A DNA stretch of 64,000 nt from Podarcis bocagei (lineage: Eukaryota). Positions 13,143 through 24,155 of the stretch are shown piece after piece. A model generated the notes under the pieces. It saw only the letters and a list, made by a program, of their open reading frames with translations, was not told the DNA's origin and ran no database searches. The translations under genes and the position numbers were made by a program. Each line of letters begins with the position of its first letter. The stretch's first letter is position 1. The DNA is taken from the NCBI GenBank assembly GCA_964188305.1, contig OZ076892.1; one strand, written 5' to 3'.

Positions 13143-13430
13143 GCCATCTTCTCAGAAAAACTCTTTACAAGGTCAAGAGGTCAAGACACGAAAGCTTTAG
13201 AAACTAATCCACACCTAATGACCCTCCTAAGTGGTACTCAGAATATCACTCAAGTAATCACTCAAGATATCCCTCAAGTAATTAATGAACAAAAGAAGAA
13301 AAGGCACATTAACCTATGAACTTCCTCTCTGCCCAGAACGTTGGAGGCTATACACCACACCCCCTCAACAGTATTTATAGGAACTCAAACACTGAGATCC
13401 TGCTCTGTTCTAGTAACAAGAAGCCGAAAG

Positions 13431-13480
13431 CACCAGCCTGAAGATGACGAGTGAGACCTCGTCGAAACGTCGCCTAGACA
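13431..13480 (+). ncRNA. Minimal type I hammerhead-ribozyme-like motif (right PLE arm)
   Basis: CUGAAGA (13438-13444), U, stem II GACGAG/CUCGUC (6 bp, loop UGAGAC), GAAA (13464-13467), CG, UC (putative cleavage after C13471). Helix III is essentially absent and stem I is only about 2 bp (GC/GC). Confidence 0.72.
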
Positions 13481-13525
13481 CCCCAACTCTTACACGGGAA
13501 GACACCCGAAGACACCAAAACCTAC

Positions 13526-13586
<61 letters not shown>
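13526..13586. repeat. Compound (TA)n(CA)n microsatellite, right flank of the PLE
   Basis: Read directly from the sequence. Confidence 0.95.
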
Positions 13587-13587
<1 letters not shown>

Positions 13588-14378
13588 TATTCTTTTCTGC
13601 TACTGTTGATTTTAATATTTTTGGAGTATTTGGAGTGGTTTGCCAACATTTCAATTTCCCCATAATTGCCTCGTTATACCTTAATTCTGAAGTATAATCT
13701 GGAGTCTTCAGCCTCAGTTTATGTGGCCATCAGTGTCTGCTGCATTCTTATTCCAGTCAGAGTTTTTTCACTGTTATCCTGGCCTTTAAAAGTTCCCCCA
13801 CTCACCATCCTTTTGGAAGGGGCCATGGTTTATTTGTAGCCTGTTTTTTGTTTTGTTTGTTTTGTTTAAATGGCAGGCTTCTGCCTTGGGTGTATAGCAC
13901 ACTAAAATCGGAAATAAATTACTTTCACTTCTTTTCAGAAAGTAGCTGCATTGGTTTAATGTACTTAAAACAAACCCAAGGGTATAAAATTAGTGGGATT
14001 TTGTTTGTGGGTAGACCTACGTATGTTTGGGAATTCTGAGGTAGCCATCATGAGAACTGAACCTAGGCAGTCATAATTCCAGATTAGTTAAAACTAGAAC
14101 ATTTCTTTGTCTGGTTCCACCAACCATCAGCTCAGGATCCATCTGCAGCCCCTGGACGGATTACTTCCCAGGGCACTTGGTACCCAACAGCAAAAGAAAA
14201 AGTTACCCACCTCTGTTCCTGGGTGTTATGGTAAATTTAAATTTTAAAATTTAAATTTAAAATGTCTGCTCCCAACCCCTTCAGAGAGCCCAATACAAGT
14301 GTAGGCAGTGGCCTGTGCTGCTGCTTCAGCAGATCTTGTGATGACGCCAGGCCTGAGGTTACGCTGCAACATTTCACA

Positions 14379-14628
14379 GAAGAAGAAGAGGAGTTTGGAT
14401 TTGTTATCTTGCCTTTCACTCCCCTTAAGGAGTCTCAAAGCAGCTCACAATCTCCTTTCCCTTCCTCCTCCACAACAAACACTCTGTGAGGTGAGTGGGG
14501 CTGAGAGACTTCAAAGAAGTGTGACTAGCCCAAGGTCACCCAGCAGCTGCATGTGGAGGAGCGGGGACACAACCCGGTTCCCCAGATTACGAGACTACCG
14601 CTCTTAACCACTACACCACACTGGCTCT
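14379..14628 (-). mobile_element. tRNA-derived squamate SINE (Squam3-like) with (TTC)n tail
   Basis: The minus strand starts AGAGCCAGTGTGGTGTAGTGGTTAAGAGCGG (A box), has the core GGGTGACCTTGGGCTAGTCAC and ends in TTC repeats. Confidence 0.8.
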
Positions 14629-15607
14629 CAAGTAAAACAAGCATGTTTTCATGTACTTACAACACCCCCATTCTCCCATCAAGGATCACTTGATCACTCC
14701 ACAGCCCACCCCAGTGAAGGCTGGTCCATTTGGGCTAATGGGAAAATGCCCTCCCTCCCTCCGTGCCTTCCTCCCTCTTCAAAGGCACAGGCTCTAGGCT
14801 TCCTCTTCCTTAGCCTCAGCTTTGCCTTGGTAGAACTCAGCAGGATGGAGGATGGGAGCAAAAGTAGAATTGGTTGGCTCTCCTCCCCCTAACATTGGCC
14901 TCCCTTCCTCCCAACCTACCAGTCCCATTGGACACCAACAGGGTCATGGGGGTAGGGGCAGCCAGGTATACCGTACTTGCCCAAGACCTTGGAGAACTAA
15001 GGTGGGCTGTCTCCCCCCCCCCAGGACTGGCTGCTTTTTTGTTTGAGTTATAACTATTCTAAGAAGACTCCCCCTTCCCCAGGTGTCAGACAAGCTCTAC
15101 TCAGGCCTGGGCACCAGCCACCACTGCTCTTCCCCTGTATGTGGCATTGCCACCTTTTCTAACCATCCTTTGCTGCTGTCCCTTTGACTGGATTGGTCAC
15201 AGTTTGGAGTGGGGGGTGGGATCTGGTATGGGCATCTGAAATACACTGCAGATCATGCTGCTCTTTAAGACACAGCTCCAGGGCTGTTGAAAAGTTGGCA
15301 ACTCTAGTGTAGATATTCATTTACTCTGAATCTAGGCTGTCATGCCCTGCTTTATAGAGCAGGGTGTGTTACTTAACTGGCTGTAGCACTTTGCATTTTA
15401 CAGTTTGTTTACTAATACTGTACTGTGGAAGGAAAGTGAATCCTAGAAACAGTCTTAAAAAGGCATTTGTCTAAAGGAAAAATATTAATCAGGGGCAGGA
15501 ATACACTGTAAGCAGGAAAGAGGGATTCTGGCAATTCGGGGCAGTTGAAGGTCATTCTTCTTCCACAATCTCTGCCTTGTTTATTTAGTAACAAGTAGCT
15601 TGGGGTT

Positions 15608-16030
15608 AAGGATGGGCATATCTCCACTTTAGGCTATTCTCAGTTTCTCATTTTTTCTAGCCATGGTTTGCCACATTTCCACAACAGCTTGTGTTATTTT
15701 TTAAAAGTCCTCACAAAATTCACCATGATTTGAGTGTGCATCTCTCCTAATTTACCAATTTTGCCTGATATTCATTTTTGCAAGCCGTTTCCCTTAATAA
15801 TAATGCAATTTTGTAAGTTGTTTTCCCACCAGTCTGTTCACTGTATGCTCTTTTTCCAAAAATGCAAATTTATGTACATCTCTTTTGGTTGGGGAACTGT
15901 ATCACAAAATTCAAAGAAGCACAAATTTTGAAAAATAGCTCTTTTGCAGCTTGGATATTGTTTTGAGAAGTGTGAAGCAGGTTGTTTTGCATTAAAATGA
16001 GAACCAAAATTGAATGTCTCCCCCATCCCT
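15608..16030 (+). repeat. Old ~350-420-bp interspersed repeat with AGGGATGG...CCATCCCT termini (probable non-autonomous DNA transposon)
   Basis: Diverged copies at ~17053-17374, ~31348-31914, ~40735-41155 (-), ~43840-43990 (partial), ~49236-49588 and ~63200-63435. Shared blocks include CAGTTTCTCATTTT, AAGCAATTTCCCCTAA and AAATGCAAACTGAAT. Confidence 0.7.
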
Positions 16031-19000
16031 AAATCCTAGTCGCATGCACACAGCAAGGCTTTTGTTTTGTTTTTTACAAATGCAATTAGAGAAGCAGCCA
16101 AATGACAGCTGTTGGAAGTGTTAAATTAGGCCAAGGACTCCAAGTAGCAAAGTTTGGTTATATTACATAATTTATTGGAACGCAGCATAGCTGTGTTAGA
16201 AAGTGGAATGACTGATAGGGAACAAAAGGCTGTGTTTGTATTCTAAGGAAACATTCGTGACTTCAAGGTGGGGGCGGGCAATTGGCAGGTAGAAAGGTGT
16301 GGCTCTCTAAAATATATGCTATTATAGAGAAGTTTCCAGATGTGCTCTCCCAAACCGACATTCCCAACATGTTTCAGCGATATCTACGCTGCCTTGGTCA
16401 TGACCACAGAATGGAAGATGGAAGGACGTGCTGGCTGGCAACATAAATCCCACTGTGTGGGAATCCCTTGCAGATGATTTCAGAGCCTGGAGACAATCAG
16501 TCAGGTCCTACATCCATAGCAGTGACTAGAGGAGGAATGACCGCTGGGCGGAGCACAGAGAGATTTAGGGAAATGTGGCCACTTCAACTACACTGAGGTG
16601 AGAGAGCGCCGCAACAATGGAAAGCAAGAGGCGTGGGGCACCGAATTAGGGCATCACACAGGGCACCACTGAAATGTTAAGGAACAAAGCCTGCCAATCC
16701 TGAAGATTCTATTTCCTTGCCTTCCTCACATGGTTGATGTAAGGATCAATTCAATCCTGTTCTGAGATCCTTGAAACCAGGGGAAAATAATGCAATGAAC
16801 AGCAGCCCTAGAAAATCCCCAGGGAACACCTGATGCTGTAGCATTACTTGGAGCTAAGCTAACCCACCAACCCATCACACAGGCCCTATTCCAGGATGCT
16901 CCATTACATTATCCTCTCCCCCATCAGAGTCTTTCATGGTTACTTGGCATGCTCAGCTATTAAAAAAATGGCCTATGGTGATAACATTTATTAAGGTTAG
17001 GAACGGCTAACAGTCACATGTGCTTTTAGAAAAAGTGAGTATTTTTATAATTAGGGATAAAAGAATCTGTCAGTTTCAAGACTTTGTTTCTCATTTTTCC
17101 GGTACTTTGCAGTTCTACAGCAATTTGTGATTTAATAAAAAACAAAACCATGAAAATTCAACAGCATTTTTGTATGCAGTTTTGACTAATGTACATATTT
17201 TTACAAGCAATTTCCCCACGTTTATGAACATTGGTTGAAGAACTGCATTACAAAATTTGGAAAAGTGCAAATTTTGCAGGCTGGTTGTGTTTCAGTTCTC
17301 ATACTGGTTTGGAAAGTGTGAATTGGTTAGATTCGCCTTTAAATGCAAACTGAATTGAATTTATTCCCATCACTGTTCATAATCTACTTGCTTTCTGATT
17401 GCCCAGGATCCAGTAGGTCCTTTTTTTACTACACTGGGAGTAATTTGATATTTATATTTTATTATATGCAATTCATACTTACTTTTTATGTATTTGCTGT
17501 TTGGTTTTATTCACTTGGTAATGATAAAATTTAATTTTTAAAAGCTGTCTGTGTGTATATATATGTCCGCCAGTCAGCCAACCATGCCAACTTCCAGGAT
17601 ACTTTATTTCATCCTCTATCCCAACAATGGATAGTTAACATTCTCTGACCATGGAGCATGCTCAGTTCTTATTGGCCTGCTTGGTGGTCCACCCACTGCC
17701 CACACACTTTGGTTCAATAAGTATTTTTTAAAAAAATACTTCTGCAAACCTTGGAGTTACCCTGAGCTTGTTGGTACTTTCCTCTTCTGCATGGATGATG
17801 CCATTTTGTCTACATGAAGTTCCACGGTTGGATAATGAGTTTGCTATTAGTACAGGAGACAGATGGAAGCTCCATCTACCTAAATGCACTTTTGAATCCC
17901 AAAGATGGTGCTGCTTAGGTTCTGTCAGTCAGTCAAGTCACTCCAGGCGGCAGCATCATCCCCATCGAAGCTACCACGAGAGGCCTATTTGAGGGATCTT
18001 TGAACTCTTCAGGCGGCTACTTTGATGGTGCACTTAAGCCAGATATGGTGGTTGCCCATGCATGAATGATGGTGGTTCTAAAAGCCTAACCATCGTTGTG
18101 GTGTTCATAAGCTGTCATTCCCTGTAGTGACGATGACAGCTGGCAATGCGTGTGAACTCTTTGCTGATGACATCTATCCTTAAAAGAAGAGAGGGTTGGG
18201 GAAGGAGGGGGAGGAGAAGTTCTGGCATTCTGGGCTTATTTCCTCCATATGACTTCCACATTCTTTTTTTTGGGGGGGGGGGTCACAACTAAGACCTGGT
18301 GAAACACACAAACCCCCGTTCAATATTGTTTCAGCTCTGAATTTAATAGGTGGCTGTAGGTAAGCTGTTCTCCCTGTGCTTCAGGCCCCTACTTGCAAAG
18401 TGGGGCTAATAATTATACTGAACTTACAGGTTTGGAACGAAGCATCTTGAGCAGTCTAATGTGCTTATAAATGCAAAATATTCTGAGTATAGTGTACTGT
18501 ACTGTTGCAAAACAGTGACAAAAACCCCAGCAAGAATCAGCTTGCTTGCTTGTTTATTTATTTAGGCAGACATTAAAAAGGGGGTTTCTCTTGTTATGTG
18601 TCTGCTTCTGTATCCCTTCCCCAAGCTGGATATATCCATGTCAGAAAATATGTAAATAGTTTTAGGTAAGCATGTCATTTCTTTATTCCATCACTATTTT
18701 TTTAATTGGAGAAGGAGCATATCATCATCATTATCGTGCACCCTCTAAATGGAGGTGGACAATCACAGGGTGATTGCAGATCAGTCTTTATTTGAGCACA
18801 AAGGTCAACACCATTTATTAAAGTTGTATATAATCACTTTTCCTATTTAACTGTCTCAAATCACCTCTGGCTGTATTATTCAATAATGAGAGGGGAAGAG
18901 ACCTCTCAAGCGAAGGTATTATTCTAGAGAACTGAAGATAAGTTCTCTCTAAAGTTCCTATTAAAACCACTTATGGAAAATGTTTTGTTTTACCAGGAGA

Positions 19001-21373
19001 TGTGTACTAGCAATGGTGAAATTTGCAATATCGTCCACACTTCCGCTTGTCCCACCACTTTCCCCTAGGGAAATCTGCTCTTTACTACTGAATCGGAGCA
19101 AACATCAGTTTGGTTTTCTGTGGAACAGATCAAGCCAATTGTGGACGATCCCTCAGTTGTCTTAAGATAGTTAGACTTTTCCAAAAGTCTGAGGCTGGCA
19201 CGCATTAAGTAGGCTAGGCAGGAACATTTAGCAGAGGAGAGTGATCCAGTAGTCATACATTCTGCAGCATGAGAGAGAATGAAACTCCTGACAAAATGCA
19301 CCAGTCTTTGTGTGTGGTTGTTCACTATTGGAAGTACTATTACACCCCTAAAATGGCTACTCTAGCACTGTCACATGGAAGGCTGAGTAGCACTTAGGAC
19401 CATAGGAAGAAGTTTATACCAGATTGCAGTATTAGTCTAGCACCGTGTTGACCCAGGGTGGTATTCAACCAACCTGTCCTGTCAGTGAAAGGATTTCCAC
19501 TTGTGCAATAGGACTTTCCCTCCCTCTTCTCCCTTGTGCCCCCCCCCCCAAATCTGCTCCAGAGGCTTGGGAGATCCCCTGAAACAAATTTAGCAGGTGC
19601 GCAGGGGGAGAAGAGGAGACTGTTCCTTTGTGCAAGCAGAAATCCTTGCACTGATGAAATGTTCACTTAGTGTTGTACTGGATTCCACCCTTGGACTGGC
19701 AATGGTTTTTTGGCTGTTGATGGAAAACAAGCCTGCCTGCCTTTGCCCTAAAGGAAAGTTTGGAACCTTTGGTGGTTCTGTGGCCAGGCGAATGTGGTTT
19801 GCAACTGAGATATCCTGCAAATATCCAACACGTTAAGTTGTCCTTTGCTGAATTGAGCAATTGGTCTTGTCACATCCAGGAAGATGGTACCAAAGCAGTG
19901 CAGTGGAGAGTTCTGTGTGTGTGTTTGCATGTTTGGTCGTTATGTGGGGGATTGTGGGTGAACCAGCAGTGAGTGTGTGGAGGTGATGTTTGAGTGACCC
20001 AGTGCCTCCAAACATCTAGCATCTTGGTACGCACAGAACCAGCGTGTGCAGGCTAGTTCTGGACTCCAAAATGGGAGAATTTCACATTTTTAGGATTTGT
20101 TATTGACTTTACTTATTGTGCTTGATGTGTAGCCATTTGATGGCATGTGTTCTTTTGGGAGGTGTAGTCAATTACTGACTATTTTCCAATGCCTTATTCT
20201 TGACAAATCAACATAGTTGCACTCTGATTTTGCATCTTGGGAGAAGGGGACCTGAACTAAGTCACTCCTGCTGAGACTTGAGCCAGGAGATGAAATTAGA
20301 GCTTCAGTAACATCATGGGTAAAATGTGTGTGTTACTCTCTTGGCTCCCTAAAGAAATCAGAGTACAGCAACTGGATTATGTTGAGAAATGGGGGTGGGG
20401 AGAAGCCATATTGTCGCCTTCTTGAGAGCCATTCATTTTGCTTTCCGGTATGATTAATGAATTAAAGATACAGTATATTTATTTTATAGCCTGATTATCT
20501 TTGTGTAATAAATCTAAACACCAGTGTCTGCCAATACAGAAAAGCTAGCATATTTTTTCTTCTCTTTTAAAAAGGACTACAAGCCAAGTCGAACTTCTTA
20601 TCTTTCAAGTTAAAAAAAAGATATATTTTTGCCATTATATTATTGTTCCCCTCGAAATCCAAACCACAGAGAAATAAATTGTTCAAAGGGATAGCAGTAA
20701 AATGTTAAACTCTACAGAACGTTTTGCTTTTGCTATGCTTGCAAATGAGTGTCTCATTATTGAAATAGTATTCCACTGAGAGATAATTGACGTAAAGCAT
20801 TTACTTCACCTAATTTCCCCCTGATATTTATGTTTTATATTTTAAAATGGGAGACGGTGAAGAACAAATAGATTGCATTTCTTTAAATATTTCCTACAAA
20901 GAGAACTATAGTGGACTTACAATGCAATCATATGCATGTCTACTTAGAATAAGTCTTGCACAATTAGATTTGTAGGATTTACTGCCAGGTAAGTCTGCAT
21001 AGTATTGCAGCCTCAGAGTGGAGAGATCTACTTTCAGATGTATTTATAGTTATTTAATAGACTCATTTTCCAGAAAACAATGGCCTGGTTTTCATGTAAT
21101 GCCAAGCCAAACCATAACTTAGTGCAACTGTGTACATTTGTGGAGATAAGACTGTGGGCACTTTGCTTCTCGGATCCAGCCACTGCTGCAATGTTGTGAG
21201 CTATGTCATGGTTTGGCTCAGTGTGTTATGGTTTGTCTTGCTCTAGCGGTTTGTTCTTGGGTTACAGGAGGAGACAAAGCCCAAGCCCAAGTTCAGACAA
21301 CACGCCAAGCCAAAATATAGCAGGAGCAAAACAGCTGCCATCTCCTCTCTGTGAGGAGGCGCCCAAATCATTT

Positions 21374-24155
21374 TTGACATAATAGGCATCACTGAAACCT
21401 GGTGGGATAAGTCCCACGATTGGAATGTAATAATGGGGGGATACAATCTATTTCAGAGAAACAGACCAGACAAGAAAGGAGGAGGAGTGGCGTTATATGT
21501 CAGGGATGTGTATACCTGTGAAGAGATCCAAGATTTAGAACCTCAAAGCCAATGTGAGAGCATTTGGGTCAAAATTAAGAGAGAGAAGAATAACAGAGAC
21601 CTCATTGTGGGAGTTTACTATAGACCCCCAAGCCAAACGGAGGACATAGATGATGCCTTCCTGGAACAGATGGCCAAGCATGCAAAAGGAAGGGAGATAG
21701 TAGTAATGGGGGACTTCAATTACCCGGATATTTGTTGGACGTCAAACTCAGCCAAGAGCATAAGGTCAAACAGATTCCTCACTGGCCTTGCAGACAACTT
21801 CATTGTCCAGAAAGTGGGAGAAGCAACAAGAGGAACAGCCATTTTAGATCTGGTCCTAACCAATGTTGATGACCTGGTTAGTGGGGTAGAAGTGGAAGGA
21901 TCATTAGGCGCGAGTGATCATGCTCTTCTGAAGTTTACTATACAGCGGAAAGGAGCAGCCAAGCATACTAGGACTCAATTTCTTGACTTTAAGAAAGCCG
22001 ACTTCATAAAACTTAGGGAAGTGCTGGGTGAGATCCCATGGACAGCAATACTAAAAGGAAAGGGAGTTCATGATGGCTGGGAGTTTGTTAAGAGGGAGAT
22101 AGTAAAAGCACAACGTCAGGCAATACCAATGAGACGGAAACATGGAAGGTGCCTAAAGAAGCCAGGGTGGCTATCTAAAGAACTTTTAACTGAATTAAGA
22201 TTAAAAAAGGATGTGTACAAAAAATGGAAAAGGGGGGAAACCACCAAAGAGGAATTCAAACAAATAGCCAGCACGTGTAGACACAAAGTCAGAAAAGCTA
22301 AAGCACAGAATGAACTCAGGCTTGCTAGAGAGGTTAAAAGCAACAAAAAAGGCTTTTATGGGTATGTTCGTAGCAAAAGGAAGAACAAAGAAACAGTGGG
22401 GTCACTCAGAGGAGAAGATGGTGAAATGCAAACAGGGGACACAGAAAGGGCTGAACTCCTCAATGCCTTCTTTGCCTCAGTCTTCTCCGATAAAGAAAAC
22501 AATGCCCGACCTGAAGAATTTGGAGCAAATGATTCAGCAAAGGAAACACAGCCCAGAATAACTAAGGAGACAGTACAAGAATATTTGGCTAGTTTAGATG
22601 TATTCAAGTCTCCAGGGCCAGATGAACTGCATCCAAGAGTATTAAAAGAACTGGCAGATGTGATCTCAGAACCACTGGCAGTCATCTTCGAGAAATCCTG
22701 GAGAACAGGCGAAGTCCCGGCAGACTGGAGGAGGGCAAATGTTGTCCCTATTTTCAAAAAGGGGAAAAGAGAGGACCCAAATAATTACCGCCCAGTCAGT
22801 CTGACATCAATAGCAGGGAAGATTCTGGAGCAGATCATTAAGCAAACAGTCTGTGAGCACCTAGAAAGGAATGCTGTGATCACCAATAGTCAGCATGGAT
22901 TTCTGAAAAATAAGTCATGTCAGACTAACCTGATCTCATTTTTTGACAGAATTACAAGCCTGGTAGATGAAGGGAACTCAGTGGATATAGCCTACCTTGA
23001 TTTCAGTAAGGCATTTGACAAGGTGCCCCATGATATTCTTGTAAAGAAGCTGGTAAAATGCGGTCTTGACTCTGCTACCACTCAGTGGATTTGTAACTGG
23101 CTGACTGACCGAACCCAAAGGGTGCTCATCAATGGTTCCTCTTCATCCTGGAGAAGAGTGACTAGTGGGGTGCCACAGGGTTCTGTCTTGGGCCCGGTCT
23201 TATTTAACATCTTTATCAACGACTTGGATGATGGACTCAAGGGCATCCTGATCAAATTTGCAGATGACACCAAACTGGGAGGGGTGGCTAACACCCCAGA
23301 GGACAGGATCACACTTCAAAACGACCTTGACAGATTAGAGAACTGGGCAAAAACAAACAAAATGAATTTTAACAGGGAGAAATGTAAAGTATTGCACTTG
23401 GGCAAAAAAAATGAGAGGCACAAATACAAGATGGGTGACACCTGGCTTGAGAGCAGTACATGTGAAAAGGATCTAGGAGTCTTGGTTGACCACAAACTTG
23501 ACATGAGCCAACAGTGTGACGCGGCAGCTAAAAAAGCCAATGCAATTCTGGGCTGCATCAATAGGAGTATAGCATCTAGATCAAGGGAAGTAATAGTGCC
23601 ACTGTATTCTGCTCTGGTCAGACCACACCTGGAGTACTGTGTCCAGTTCTGGGCACCACAATTCAAGAAGGACACTGACAAACTGGAACGTGTCCAGAGG
23701 AGGGCAACCAAAATGGTCAAAGGCCTGGAAACGATGCCTTATGAGGAACGGCTAAGGGAGCTGGGCATGTTTAGCCTGGAGAAGAGGAGGTTAAGGGGTG
23801 ATATGATAGCCATGTTCAAATATATAAAAGGATGTCACATAGAGGAGGGAGAAAGGTTGTTTTCTGCTGCTCCAGAGAAGCGAACACGGAGCAATGGATC
23901 CAAACTACAAGAAAGAAGATTCCACCTAAACATTAGGAAGAACTTCCTGACAGTAAGAGCTGTTCGACAGTGGAATTTGCTGCCAAGGAGTGTGGTGGAG
24001 TCTCCTTCTTTGGAGGTCTTTAAGCAGAGGCTTGACAACCATATGTCAGGAGTGCTCTGATGGTGTTTCCTGCTTGGCAGGGGGTTGGACTCGATGGCCC
24101 TTGTGGTCTCTTCCAACTCTATGATTCTATGATTCTATGATTCTATGATTCTATG
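21374..24155 (+). mobile_element. Young CR1 LINE copy, 5'-truncated inside the endonuclease domain
   Basis: ORF2 is followed by a short 3' UTR (GGCAGGGGGTTGGACTCGATGGCCCTTGTGGTCTCTTCCAACTCT) and a tail of 4-5 ATTCTATG octamers ending at 24155, typical of CR1. No ORF1 or 5' UTR. No long TSD visible. Confidence 0.96.
21376..24060 (+). CDS. CR1-clade LINE ORF2 (APE endonuclease + reverse transcriptase), 5'-truncated but uninterrupted
   Basis: The 875-aa ORF at 21433-24060 extends in frame to 21376 ([20 protein letters not shown]). APE motifs: [40 protein letters not shown] motifs: [48 protein letters not shown]1-type C-terminus [11 protein letters not shown]...WNLLP. No stop or frameshift. Confidence 0.97.
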   Translation, partial: DIIGITETWWDKSHDWNVIMGGYNLFQRNRPDKKGGGVALYVRDVYTCEEIQDLEPQSQCESIWVKIKREKNNRDLIVGVYYRPPSQTEDIDDAFLEQMAKHAKGREIVVMGDFNYPDICWTSNSAKSIRSNRFLTGLADNFIVQKVGEATRGTAILDLVLTNVDDLVSGVEVEGSLGASDHALLKFTIQRKGAAKHTRTQFLDFKKADFIKLREVLGEIPWTAILKGKGVHDGWEFVKREIVKAQRQAIPMRRKHGRCLKKPGWLSKELLTELRLKKDVYKKWKRGETTKEEFKQIASTCRHKVRKAKAQNELRLAREVKSNKKGFYGYVRSKRKNKETVGSLRGEDGEMQTGDTERAELLNAFFASVFSDKENNARPEEFGANDSAKETQPRITKETVQEYLASLDVFKSPGPDELHPRVLKELADVISEPLAVIFEKSWRTGEVPADWRRANVVPIFKKGKREDPNNYRPVSLTSIAGKILEQIIKQTVCEHLERNAVITNSQHGFLKNKSCQTNLISFFDRITSLVDEGNSVDIAYLDFSKAFDKVPHDILVKKLVKCGLDSATTQWICNWLTDRTQRVLINGSSSSWRRVTSGVPQGSVLGPVLFNIFINDLDDGLKGILIKFADDTKLGGVANTPEDRITLQNDLDRLENWAKTNKMNFNREKCKVLHLGKKNERHKYKMGDTWLESSTCEKDLGVLVDHKLDMSQQCDAAAKKANAILGCINRSIASRSREVIVPLYSALVRPHLEYCVQFWAPQFKKDTDKLERVQRRATKMVKGLETMPYEERLRELGMFSLEKRRLRGDMIAMFKYIKGCHIEEGERLFSAAPEKRTRSNGSKLQERRFHLNIRKNFLTVRAVRQWNLLPRSVVESPSLEVFKQRLDNHMSGVL

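Larger units (their letters stand above)
12514..13527. mobile_element. Penelope-like retroelement (PLE) remnant with inverted pseudo-LTRs, inserted in a (TA)n microsatellite
   Basis: Arms 12543-12927 and 13143-13527 are reverse complements (385 bp, no mismatch seen) around a 215-bp spacer. The left (minus-strand) copy has an extra ~29-bp 3' tail at 12514-12542. Both 3' ends run into (TA)n. Each arm carries a CTGAAGA...GAAACGTC hammerhead-like motif typical of vertebrate PLE pLTRs. Confidence 0.88.

Noticed and set aside
12543-13527. Foldback or MITE-type DNA transposon as the explanation for the long inverted repeat
   Set aside because: The asymmetric tail, hammerhead motifs, ORF remnant and microsatellite target fit an inverted PLE better, and no transposase-type termini are present.
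22116-24116. Several antisense or alternative-frame ORFs of 76-134 aa
   Set aside because: They are shadows of the CR1 ORF2 codon structure.
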